From: Eledone cirrhosa
Lineage: Eukaryota
Reading direction: 5' to 3'
Assembly (NCBI GenBank): GCA_964016885.1
Contig: OZ024743.1
Coordinates: 69,502,001-69,566,000, forward strand
DNA length: 64,000 nucleotides
Position numbers and translations under genes: made by a program
The notes under the pieces: generated by a model
The model's input: only the letters and a program-made list of their open reading frames with translations
The model's database searches: none
Told to the model about the DNA's origin: nothing
Shown here: one piece after another, positions 13,545-25,689 of the stretch
Layout: the number at the start of each line of letters is the position of its first letter
Position numbering within the stretch: the stretch's first letter is position 1

Positions 13545-13913
13545 TCCTATAATCAAGATGAAGGCAAACCCCTCATCTGGGATACCACTTGTACCGACAC
13601 TTTCTCCAGCCGCAACCTGGTGAAGTCTGCGACTAACCCAGGTACTGCTGCACGTCGGGCTGAGGGAACCAAACTCTTGAAATAGCGGTCGCTTTCCGAC
13701 AGGTTTGCGGTTGTACCCTTGGCAGTGGAGACTTCTGGTGTCCTCGGCCCTAGGGTTACCTCCCTACTCACCATCATAGGCGCTGAATTGACCATCGGCA
13801 GGTGTGAACGTCGCGAGCTGGAGTGGCTTTTCCAGCGCGTCTCCCTTGCCGTCCTCCGGGGACACGTCTTCTCCATTCTGCTCGCCGGGGCTGTGGGGAA
13901 GCCACCAATATGA
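13545..13913 (+). mobile_element. CRE-type non-LTR retrotransposon 3' fragment (restriction-like endonuclease C-terminus)
   Basis: Translates GKPLIWDTTCTDTFS..GTAARRAE..K..AVVPLAVETSGVLGP..WLFQRVSLAVLRG with an internal stop; homologous to 38840-40095 and 50225-50560. Confidence 0.75.
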
Positions 13914-14569
13914 TTGACTGACTTATCATTATATCAGTCAGATGTTCTAATGATTCCATATATAACTACTTGTTTTGATTTAACAAATGTTGTATATATC
14001 AGGGTATATACAGTTATTAATGCTGGTTGCTAAAAACAACGCTAACTGACTGACCTGATTCGAGGACAAAAGAAATTCAATAGACTTTTCATTGGAATGA
14101 TGAAACAAAATCTGACCAATGAGAAGGAGGTTAATTCTACTTATGGTTGAATTCGTTCATTCTAAATCATCTGCCATCATTGCTTTGAGACAGCACCAAA
14201 CCTCGGCACGGAGCAAGCATAACAAAATCGAAATAACAGAAGTAAGCTTTAATCCATGTTATGTATTTCGGTTTTTTTTTCTGTTAAAATTCTGGCTGCC
14301 TGATGATATCATAGCTGTTTTGTTGTAGTTATCACGGAAATATATAAAACAGCGAATACGAATAAACGAAATTAATTTTAACCTGTTGAATTACACTTCT
14401 TGTTTATATATAGTTCGTTGTAGATGATAAAGAGTCCTTTATTAAAACACACCCAAACACACACACACACACACACAGCACCGGGTACGCGCAATCGCGT
14501 GTCCAATGTCGTCTGAAACTACTTCGCATTTTCTTAGTCTCTCTCTCCCCCTCTCTCTCTCCCCCCCCC

Positions 14570-14644
<75 letters not shown>

Positions 14645-14673
14645 CACTCACACACACGCATACACACACAAGC

Positions 14674-14709
<36 letters not shown>

Positions 14710-15029
14710 TAGAGAGAGAGCTACACATTATCGGCCAACGCAGGAATGTGCTAAACACCATATCAGGGAGTAATAACATATGATTCAGTGGACTGTTACT
14801 TTGGACCATCTTCCATGTTTAGTAGGTCCTCCATTTATTGTATTTAATATAATTATTACTGTGATGTTAATAAGTTATATTATTCTTCCCCCACTCCTAT
14901 CCTATGTGTCTTGTAATAAAAAAGATACGATTCATATAATATATAGAGCTTTCATTTATGTCTATGAACATAAATAAATAATATATTATATATATAAATA
15001 TATAAACACACACACCATATATATATATA

Positions 15030-15240
15030 TAGAAGTAGTAACACAACAGTTAGTTCACCATACTGAGAACACTTGTTTCACCTCATTCGGATACTCACTC
15101 CGACCTGAGGATCCGCATAGTATGAAACATTTGTTCTCGGTATGGTGAACTAACTGTAGTGGAACTACTTCTACCAAACTCGTCCCATGGATTGAGTGTT
15201 CTAATACTACGAATATAACCTTCCAGTGTTCTAAATATTA
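15030..15240 (+). mobile_element. Short fold-back cassette between (TA)n tracts with degenerate hammerhead-like motif
   Basis: Inverted arms 15030-15080 / 15123-15173; ccgac-CTGAGGA-tccgcatagtat-GAAAC-attt-GTT-ctcgg at ~15100-15140. Confidence 0.6.
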
Positions 15241-15654
15241 TATATATATATATATATATATTGCGATATATCTGTTCACACTGTCTTCAATTTTCCTCTA
15301 ATGAACATAATGACCAAATTTAAAACAGATAAGGAGAGTATGAGAGGATTGCTAATAGGAGGAAATATGGACATACCTTACTGACTCAGTTCTAATGAGA
15401 TAATCATCTCATTAAGATGTATATAAAACATCACATCACTATGTGTGAAAATGTGACTGGTGAAATTATTGAAATAAATATACTAAAGTAAAGCTGCGTG
15501 TGATTAGGAGTGATTTAAGAGAAGAAAAGTCTTGAAGCCGTATTTTTGTAACAACGTTGTAGATTATACCACCTAACGTTTCCTTTACATTAAAGTCGAC
15601 TGCTTCTTTGGTCTTGGTTAGTAACTCACTAAATATTGGTATCAGCTACATATA

Positions 15655-15712
15655 CTCTTTTTCTCTTTTACTCTTTTACCTGTTCCAGCCATCCGGCTGA
15701 GGCCATGCTGGG
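15655..15712 (-). mobile_element. SINE 3' tail fragment
   Basis: tttactcttttacctgttccagccatccggctgaggccatgctgg; a similar tail occurs at ~42240-42280 (tttacttgtttt..gactgcggccatgctgg). Confidence 0.5.
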
Positions 15713-15769
15713 CCCTTGTTGCTACACATTTTAACTCCAGCCTGTATTGGTTGGCCACTGGTACAAGAG

Positions 15770-16125
15770 GGAGTTCGTTGCTGCTACACATAGGTTTCCC
15801 TGGTACCGTGCTGTGGGCTAATCCGGTATCCTAGATAGCAAGGTGTCGAGATAATTCTTGAAACATCCACGTCCACACCATGCAAATCTATCAAATTCCT
15901 CGGCAGTTTATTGAAGAGTTGAGGGCCCTTGAACCCCAGGCTATTGCAATATCAGCTCCTTATTCTAGATGTGGAAGACGAGACCTTTGGCACCACACAG
16001 TGACATCTTGTTCGGGCGTTGGTCCAGCTCACAATGCTAAAGTTTGGTGCTAGTCCCTCCAGGACTTTCCATAAGTATATCACTGCGTATCTCTCCCGAC
16101 TTCGTGCCAAGAGGTAGAGGTTCAG
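15770..16125 (-). mobile_element. Degenerate CR1-group LINE ORF2 C-terminal fragment
   Basis: Minus-strand translation LYLLARSRERYAVIYLWKVLEGLAPN...NSLGFKGPQLFNKLPRNL resembles the CR1-type post-RT SLERRRERY...GP.LFN.LP motif. Confidence 0.6.
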
Positions 16126-16425
16126 TAATGTAGTGTATTACTGTAAAAGTGTTACAAGAAAAAAATAAAAACATAAATGTTTTCAAATACAACACTCGAA
16201 GTAAAATAATTTTATTCCTAACATTTCAGCTATATGTATATAATGGCCAATAATCCAATAACCGCAGTTTTACGCATGAATAAATGTGTAACTTAATAAC
16301 AGAAAACAAATAAGCGATACTCTATAAGCGATACATGGAATTAAAAGTAAAATCTTTCAATTACCTAATGATATTTTCAGATATAACAGGGAACTTTGAG
16401 AAGCTAGGCTTGCAAAGTCATATAA

Positions 16426-16460
<35 letters not shown>

Positions 16461-16501
16461 TACCTACATATATACATATATACATATATATATATATAAA
16501 T

Positions 16502-16535
<34 letters not shown>

Positions 16536-16543
16536 ATACACAC

Positions 16544-16676
16544 AAATAGCCGTCGAAACGGCTTGAGCTCAGTCGTCGGGGTCCTACTCGTTCCTATTAC
16601 CCACTCTCTACTACCCTAAGTATTGAGTACTTTGGTGCGTTATGGTCCATCTGGTTCCGTACCATATTTCCTTCGT

Positions 16677-16719
<43 letters not shown>

Positions 16720-16884
16720 CGAAGGAGTTGTGGTAAGGAACAAGATGGACCATAACGCACCAGAGTATTCAATACTTAGGGTAGTAGAGAGGGTAATAGG
16801 AAATTGTATGACACCCGACGGCAGAGCTCAAGCCGTTTCCACGGGTATTTCTGGACAGAAATAGCCGTCGGGGTGATACGTTTA

Positions 16885-16890
<6 letters not shown>
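16544..16890. mobile_element. Two tail-to-tail 3'-terminal fragments of the Penelope pLTR family around a (TA)n tract
   Basis: 16544-16680 (+) and 16716-16857 (-) match 22455-22592; they contain only the GAAA/stem III half of the hammerhead. Confidence 0.8.
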
Positions 16891-16951
<61 letters not shown>

Positions 16952-17186
16952 CGACGTTTTAAAAAGGTTCTGGTAACATAGCAGCAGGTACTATTATGTT
17001 TACGACATATTGCTGGTTGATTTAGTTTCAATCAGTAAAAATATTGAATTGATTAAATGAAATGTATATGCTAAATGTGTTTATTGCAGATAATACTATT
17101 TAAGTAATAAAAGGTACTTAGTACATGAGAAGTGTGAGTGTATATGTGCATAAGTGAGTGTAAACGCGAACTAACGTGGGTGTGTG

Positions 17187-17251
<65 letters not shown>

Positions 17252-17407
17252 ATATATTATATATATATATACATTATATATATTATATATATATATATTA
17301 TGTATATATATATATTATATATATATTTACATATATATTCCATCCTTTGTACTGCACTATTCGTTATTGCTTTTGTTCCTGTTTTAACATATATATATAT
17401 ATATATA

Positions 17408-17620
17408 TTGGGTTTCCTCCACTCCCTCTGCCTCCTTCTTCTACTAGCAAGTTCAGCTACACCTACCTTCCACAAATTGCCATGATAGAATCATGTGTCT
17501 CAACAACAAACTGTTGACCAATGCTTGTGACAATCACTTTTACAATACATCAAATTATTCATTTCGTCCAGAATTATCCGGCGAAACGGCTTGAGTTCAG
17601 CCGTCGGGGCTCTACTTGTT

Positions 17621-17624
<4 letters not shown>
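17408..17624 (+). mobile_element. Penelope pLTR fragment with the CUGA core deleted
   Basis: Matches 22253-22510 with an internal deletion; embedded in (TA)n. Confidence 0.8.
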
Positions 17625-17656
<32 letters not shown>

Positions 17657-17665
17657 TATATATAT

Positions 17666-17722
<57 letters not shown>

Positions 17723-17770
17723 ATGAAATGATAGGAGGCTGGATTTGTGTAAATCCTTGAAAGTTTTATT

Positions 17771-17828
17771 ATACTATGATCATTTCAATGACCGGGTTCC
17801 GTATGAATCCGCTGATATCATCAGGTAT
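17771..17828 (-). ncRNA. Type I hammerhead ribozyme motif in a separate cassette (~17720-18350) between (TA)n tracts
   Basis: Minus strand: atac-CTGATGA-tatcag-CGGATTC(atacg)GAACCCG-gtcatt-GAAA-TGATCA-TA-gtat; palindromic stem III; base of stem II degenerate. Confidence 0.7.
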
Positions 17829-18361
17829 CGAAATATAATACGTGAATGTAATAGATAAAATCCATGGGGCTGAAAATCGAGGACCCGAGGGCGACCGCTA
17901 TTCTGTTCCTTCAACCTCAGCCGGTCGCCTTGGAGTGACGTGGCTAAAGTTTATAGTATGCTACTACCGGTCAGATAAACGAAAACAGAAAGGGATGGGA
18001 GCATAAGTTAACGTCGATCTCATGACACAAGGTAAAAGAAAGAAAGAAAGAAAGGAAGGAGAGAAGAAGGGGGAAGAAAGAAGACAGAAGCCAGGGTTAA
18101 TGTCAGCTAAAAGAAGAAAGGCAACTACTAACGGTCAGATATAGGCAAGCAAGAGGGGGAAGGAAGATAAATCTGCGGGAGGAAGACAGGAGGAGGGGAG
18201 AAGAGAAGGAAGGGAAGAGAGAAGTATAAAAGTAAGGGTTGATGGCTACAAGAAGGAAGATAGAAAGAAAGAGGAAGAAAGGTCGATATTAATGTCAGAC
18301 CACAGTCAAGCCAGGAGTGGCGCGAGAAAATGTTCACAGGAACCCGCATCTTATACTTGTT

Positions 18362-18827
<466 letters not shown>

Positions 18828-18837
18828 AACAAGTAGA

Positions 18838-18933
18838 ACCCCGACGGCTGAACTCAAGCCGTTTCGCCGGCTAATTCTGGACGAAATGAACATTTTTTTC
18901 CTGGTAAATGAATAGCCAAACTTCTCAGGAGGT
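18838..18933 (-). ncRNA. Hammerhead ribozyme in Penelope pLTR (variant core CUGAGAA)
   Basis: Minus strand: acctc-CTGAGAA-GTTTGGCTATTC...GAATTAGCCGGC-GAAA-CGGCT-tgagttc-AGCCG-TC-ggggt. Confidence 0.7.
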
Positions 18934-20073
18934 AAGTTGATGTATTGTAAAAGTGATTGTCACAAGCATTGGTCAAAAGTTTGTTGTTGAGACACATGAT
19001 TCTATCATGGCAATTTGTGGAAGGTAGGTGTAGCTGAACTTGCCAGTAGAAGAAGGAGGTAGAGGGAGTGGAGGAAACCCAATCAAGCGTTGAAAGTGAC
19101 AACTACAGCAGATTATAAGGATAGAAGGTCGAAAAAAGTATACTAGAGAAGGGGAGGGGGAGGAAGTTGAAACAATAACTAAATCTAATTGGAGTAAATA
19201 TATAGAAAAAATAAATATATAAAAAATATAAAAAAAAAAATTTCCGGTTACTAGTCTCCTTCCACAATCATCAAATCTCTCACTGGTACTGCTAAGCTAT
19301 AGAGAAGTTTAATAGGTGGGACGGAATACTAAATACGAGTTGGAGTGAAAGAATTTTGAGTTAGTAGTAATCGGCCAAATCTATCTTACAATGACAGGTC
19401 AACAAGTAGGGGGCCAACATACTAAGCAAAAAAAAAAAAACTAATACGAAATAATAATTCAGAATCCGGAAACAAGTACGAAATATTAATTCAGAATCCC
19501 GAAACATGAATACTAATGCGATACATATAATTACTGCTACAATACATAAATTCTAATACAAACTACATAAATACTCATACAATAGATATAAAAAAGCTAA
19601 TACAATATATATAAATACTGCTACAATATATAAATTCTAATACAATCTACATAAATACTCGTACAATATATATGAAAAATTAATACGAAAAATTAATTCA
19701 GAATGCGCAAAAAAATAAATACTGATATACGAGAAACTAAAGCAGAAATACCACTGAGAAATCTAGAAATCACGGAAATGGGGCAGCAATCAGAGCAGAA
19801 AGCAAATATCTGGGGTCTAGCACATCTGCTATAAAAAGCGGTATCGGTCAATTCTATCATAAAATAAGGGGTGGGGTGGGGCTACTGAGGCTACAGCGGA
19901 TCGAAGGGCTGCATCGGGTGGGTGAGAAGGTGAAAAGAACGACGACACAGAAGGAGATCTGGGGTGGAAGGACTAGGAAGGGGTGGGGGAAAGAAGGAAA
20001 TATAGAGGAAACGATAAAAAATATATTTAAAAAAAATATATTAAAAAGTTACATCTACCTTTGTAAGCAGGGG

Positions 20074-20668
20074 TTACCCTTTACAAAGTCGGCAAGTGGG
20101 GTGTTTCAGCCCTTGTCTGCCCCCCCCCCCCCCCACCGGGTCATTATGGGGTTTGAGTGCGAGGTAAGTCCTACGCAATCTGTGTTTGCATGCAGTTACC
20201 AGTTCGTCTTTCTTGTTTAGGAGTTGGTCCGTCGAAAACAACATTTGTAATGTTTCCTCCGAGCATAAGTTACACGGGCGGCGTCCTCCGGTGTAAGAGT
20301 TGGCTCTGGACAGTAAGCTCCAAGTGAAATTATAGGTTATATTGTTATCTTTGAGGTCCCAGATGTGGCCCGAAAGTGTAGTGGCGTGACGCCGGGGCGG
20401 GTTTCGGAGAGTATTATTTTGTTGGTATAGCCGGGTCTTGAAGTCACAAGCGCTTAATCCTGTATAAGCTTTGTTGGAGGTGTCCGTCCTCCCGTTGCAC
20501 TTGTAGATCACATTACGATCTCTGCATCTGTTGTCGAGGGGGCAAAGGGATCCATCAGGACAGTTAAACCTCCTGGTCGGCTCTCCACTGCTATCTAGGT
20601 TATTTCTTCCATAGGGGTTGAGTTTTTTGTTGTTAGAGGAGACGATGTGTTGTGCAAAGTTAGGTGAG
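20074..20668 (-). pseudogene. Penelope GIY-YIG endonuclease domain and Zn-linker
   Basis: PNFAQHIVSSNNKKL...(F)NCPDGSLCPLDNRC..NVIYKC......KAYTGLS..FKTR....TTLSGHIWDLKD.....CNLCSEE...LLNKKDELVTACKH. Confidence 0.9.
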
Positions 20669-21158
20669 TGGGAATTTAAAGTAACCCTACAAACGTCCCT
20701 AACCCGCGTAAACTTCCTGGACGTTACCCTTAACCTCGATAACGATCTGTACTACCGATACAGGAAACCAAACGACAACCTGCACTACATCCACCGCCGG
20801 TCGAACCATCCTAGAAACATCACCAATAACCTGGTTAAAAACATCTCCCTCCGCATATTTCGTTTGTCCGCTAATGAGCAGATATTCGAGGAACATGCGC
20901 CTTATTACAACCAGGCCCCCAAGCGGAGTGGCTTCTGGGAGGAAATATCCTATTGTCCAACTTCTATTAGCGGAACCAGCAGGCGACACCGCCGCTCATG
21001 CAACGTAACGTGGTTCAATCCTCCCCACAATGCCGAAGTGACAACACCTATCGGGAAAATCTTCTTTAGGCTCATCGAAAAACACTTCCCACTACAACAC
21101 CGCTACCACAACATAATCAACAAAAATACCATCAAACTCTCCTACAGTACCACACCTC
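20666..21158 (+). pseudogene. Penelope reverse transcriptase C-terminal (thumb) fragment
   Basis: VNFLDVTLNL..YRKPND..YIHRRSNHP..ISLRI..LS..WFNPP..IGKIFFRLIEKHFP..NKNTIKLSYST. Confidence 0.9.
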
Positions 21159-22402
21159 GCCCTCAAACCCCATAATGACCCGGCGGGGAGGGGGGGGGGG
21201 TAGACAAGGGCTGAAACACCCCACTTGCCGACTTTGTAAGGGGTAACCCCTGCTTACAAAGGTAGACGTAACTTTTTTATATATATTTTTTATATATTTT
21301 TATCGTTTCCTCTATATTTCTTTCTTTCCCCCCATCCCTTCCTAGTTATTCCACCCCAGATCTCCTTCTTTGTCGTCGTTCTTTTCATCTTCTCGCCCAC
21401 TACGATGCAGCCCTTCGGTCCCCTGTAGCCTCATTCCCCCCATCCCCCTTATTTTATGATAGAATTGGCCGATTCCGCTTTTTATAGCAGATGTGCTAAA
21501 CCCCAGATACTTGCTTTCTTCTCTGATTGCTGCCCCATTTCCGTGATTTCTAGATTTCTTAGTGGTATTTATGCTTTAGGTTCTCGTATATTAGTATTTA
21601 TTTTTGGAGGGATTCTGAATTAATTTTTCGTATTAGTTTTTCATATATATTGTACGAGTATTTATGTAGATTGCATTAGAATTTATGTATTGTAGCAGTA
21701 TTTATATATATTGTATTAGTTTTTTATATCTATTGTATGAGTATTTATGTAGTTTGTATTATAATTTGTGTATTGTAGCAGTACTTATATATATCGTATT
21801 AGTATTCATGTTTCGGGGATTCTGAATTAATATTTCGTATTAGTTTCAGAATTCTGAATTATTATTTCGTATTAGTTTTTTTTTTTTTTTTTTTAGCATG
21901 TAGTCCCCCTACTTGTTGACCTGTCATTGTGAGATAGATTTGGCCGATTACTACTAACTCATAAAATTCTATCACTAAAATCTCCTATTTAGTATTCCGT
22001 CCCACCTATTAAACTTCTCTATAACTTAGCAGTACCAGTGAGAGATTTGATGATTGTGGAAGGAGACTAGTAACCAGAAATTGCTTTTTTTTAATATTTT
22101 TTATATTTTTTATATTTTTTTATATTTTCTATATATTTACTCCATTTAGATTTACTTATTGTTTCAACTCCCCCCCCCCTCCCCTTCTCTAGTATACTTT
22201 TTTCGACCTTCTATCCTTATAATCTGCTGTATTTGTCACTTTCAACGCTTGACTGGGTTTCCTACACTCCCTCTCCCGCTCTCTTCTACTGGCAAGTTCA
22301 GCTACCTCTACCTTCCACAAAATGCCATGATAGAATCATGTGTCTCAACAACAAACTTTTGACCGATCCTTGTGACAATCACTTTTACCATATATGGAAT
22401 AA

Positions 22403-22495
22403 CCCCTGAAAAGTTCGGCTATTCATTTACCAGGATAACAATTTTCATTTAGTCCAGAATTAGCCGGCGAAACGGCTTGAGCTCAGCCGTCGGGG
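22403..22495 (+). ncRNA. Hammerhead ribozyme in Penelope pLTR (variant core CUGAAAA)
   Basis: ccc-CTGAAAA-GTTCGGCTATTC...GAATTAGCCGGC-GAAA-CGGCT-tGAGCTC-AGCCG-TC-gggg; GUC triplet. Confidence 0.7.
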
Positions 22496-22879
22496 TCCTA
22501 CTTGTTCCTATTACCCACTCTACTACCCAAAGTATTGAGTACTTTGGTGCGTTATAGTCCATCTGGATCCTTACCACATTTCATTCGTTATATAAATATA
22601 TATATATATCATATTTACGCGCGCATACATATGTATGTATCTATATATGTATGTGTGTGTGTGTGTGCGCGCACACGTAGTCTTTAGCGCGCAAACCCGG
22701 AATCCAAGTTATGCGGTATTCGATTCTTCGAGGGAGCGTCAGTCAACATAATTTTGTTTATATGGGAACTTACATAATTTTCTCTATTGTTTATAATGGT
22801 TATGGCCATGGGAGTTGGGACGCACACATTTAAAATTTTATCTATGCTTTCTAAACCTTCTATGTCTTCGCTCACTTAT

Positions 22880-23850
22880 TCTTGCGTGGGTTCGTGTGGG
22901 CTTCCAGCACACCTTCCAGCGGGTCTTGTCAGAATAAATCAACTCTAATTGATCCACGCAATCTCTGAGCGACCCCCAGCTGAGTTGATGGATGTTAAGC
23001 AACCATCTTGCCCGAGATCTACCCCTGTGTCTCCTGCCAGCTAGTTTTCTCCGAAATATCTGTCCAGCGATTCTATACTTCGAAATTCTAACCTCATGTC
23101 CATAGTATCGGAGCTGTGATCTCTCACTTCTGAGAAATAACAGCTCTACCCGGAGCGATTCAGTGATGTCCGAGTTACGCACTCGATCAAGTTACATTAC
23201 ACCCCAGACCCTTCAGAGTGACTGCATTTCGGCTGATTTTATGCGCTATGGACTTATTCCAGTCGTTCCCCAAGATTTATGACCATAGCTAAACTTCGAC
23301 TGGAAAGCCGAGTTGAAGGTAGCGAGTTTGGCTTTTATATCTACCTCACTTCAGCTGATGCCCGACTATTGCATCAGCTCTAGCATTTCTTGAACTTAAT
23401 TCAGCCTCCGGCCTTCCATCATTCATGAACAGGGCTCCGAGATACTTCAACATTTTTACGGCATTAAACCTATAAAGTGCATACCGGAGATCACCTTCTG
23501 ACGAGTTAAGCAATAATAACATGTCAACAAATTCCAACAGACTGATCATACACATGCTAGACTTGATACCACTCCCAGCCCGGCTGCGCATGTAAACCCT
23601 GTTCCTGAAGAGCAGAGGTGACAGTATGTATACTTGGTGGAGACCGAGACCCACATTGAATTGTTTCGACTTTTATCTGAACACATGTTAGGGCATAGAG
23701 AAATTAGGGCAACAAGAATCTGTCCATCGATCCCACACCCTGCAGAATCTTCCACAACACAGTTTGAATGTAACGCTGCCATATACCTTTTCGAGTACTA
23801 CGAAATAAGTATACCTCGCTCTGAAATAAGCCAACGATTTTCTAAAACCC
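22880..23850 (-). mobile_element. Degenerate RTE-clade LINE (RT core to C-terminus)
   Basis: GLHQVYILSPLLF (GLRQGC.LSP.LF), KYLG..F..DGR, RNSDITESLRVE..RSQLRYYGH..R...GRRHRGRSRARW; many frameshifts. Confidence 0.8.
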
Positions 23851-24184
23851 AGTCAGAATATTTGGCCGGCTGTGCTGAGTCCTGTAAGAAAACCACACGG
23901 TTCGTCAGCTAGCTTTCTCTATAGATATATAAAAGCCATTTATTTATATATGTATGGTCATAATAAAAGACTAAAATCATACATAGTGTTATAGAAATAC
24001 ATACAATATTATAAACATGCATTGACATAAACATCCCTATATATCCCCATACAGACACAGATACGTACACATTCATACATACGTTACATACATACAAATA
24101 TGAATTAATAAACAAGACATGACCCAGTGGAAGACGTGTTTGAAATGGGTGGGTGAAAATGAAGAAGTAGAATGATTAAAAGAA

Positions 24185-24197
24185 CAATAATAATAAT

Positions 24198-24265
<68 letters not shown>

Positions 24266-24282
24266 GAAGAAGAAGAAGAAGG
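24185..24282. repeat. (TAA)n + (GAA)n microsatellite
   Basis: Directly visible. Confidence 0.95.
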
Positions 24283-25689
24283 GAAGAAGACGCACATGGT
24301 GGATAGAAGGTCGTGAAATCGCTCCCGTAAGTTTTTGATTTTTAACATATTTAAATCAATTGTGAAATAACAATTCTTAGTACAGATGATACATAAAGCA
24401 TCCTATTTAAGTCTCAGAAAAATTCGGATCCATAATATATTATTATATCGCTCAAATATTCAATTTTGTATTATACATTTTATATTCAAAAAAGAAAATG
24501 GTTATAAATGGAAGAAAACCGCCTCTGTCTACACTATATAGAACAGCCAAATAACAGCAATTTCACCAACACCAGCAACTAGATACACCACCTACCCCAT
24601 CGTCCCTCTGTGTACACTAAATCCAACAGCCAGATAACGGCAATTTCACCACCACCACCACCACCACCAATCTCAGCATAATAATAATAATTACTATTAT
24701 TATTGTCTCAAGTTTTAACAAAATGTTTAATTCCAATATTAAGACAATATGTCAACACATATACGCGACTATCCCCATAGATTCACCGATCAAACAAAAA
24801 TACAGTCTATTCAACAAAACTCAGTAACGACAACGCCATCACTACAGTCACCGCCGCCGCCACCCATCCATCATTACTACCAATATCCCATCACCGCCGC
24901 CACCACTCCTTCATTGCTACCACCGCTATCCCCGCATTACATTCTGTTAACTTACGAAAGAGGAAGGTGGCGGTATCACTAGACAATATTAATAAACAAG
25001 ATTAATATTTAATTTTGGATCAGGAATGTTAGAGTCGAAAAGGAGAAAAATGGCAAAATGACTAAATAGCTAAAGGTAATTTCACCACCAACACCACCAC
25101 CACTACCACGATGAAAACTCTGGTCAAGTCGACTCAACCGCTATTTCTACTCTAACTTCAACACCATCACTTCAGTACTACGATCACATCACCACTGCCT
25201 CATTATCGCTGACGCCGCTATTCTCTCCCACTACCTCCTGCTAGTTGCTGCTATCACAGCACCTCCATCACCACCACCACCACTGTCTCATTATCACTAC
25301 CGCCGCTATTCTCTCCCGCTACCCCCTGCTACATCGTAGTGTCCCCACTGAAAGAGGAAGGCATCAAAATATATAAATAGACTGAATTGATGACCCGGTC
25401 AAAATCAAAAATCAAAAAATCAAAATCAAAGCAGCACAGCAACAACGAAAAACGTAATGAAAAGAAAAATGAAGAGAAAAACAAACAGACGGACAGAGAA
25501 GGGAAGGGAAAAACTAAGTCAGACATTCAAACATTACATTCCAATGAAACTTATGCTTATTCATTTTTGGTTTTTTTTTGCCTGTTTGTTTGTTTGTTTA
25601 TTTATGTTCGTCTACAGCGTGATAATGCCACACAAAAATCATCGGGAGTGACGAAATCACCGGTGGTTATGTAACCATACATTCGCCAA

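Noticed and set aside
15377-15493. Minus-strand exon candidate with AAG|GTATGT donor
   Set aside because: Stops in all frames and no other support
20074-20668. Selenocysteine recoding as reported for some Naiad Penelope elements
   Set aside because: No in-frame TGA at the Cys positions of the linker or GIY-YIG region; Cys codons are TGY (one position reads TTT)
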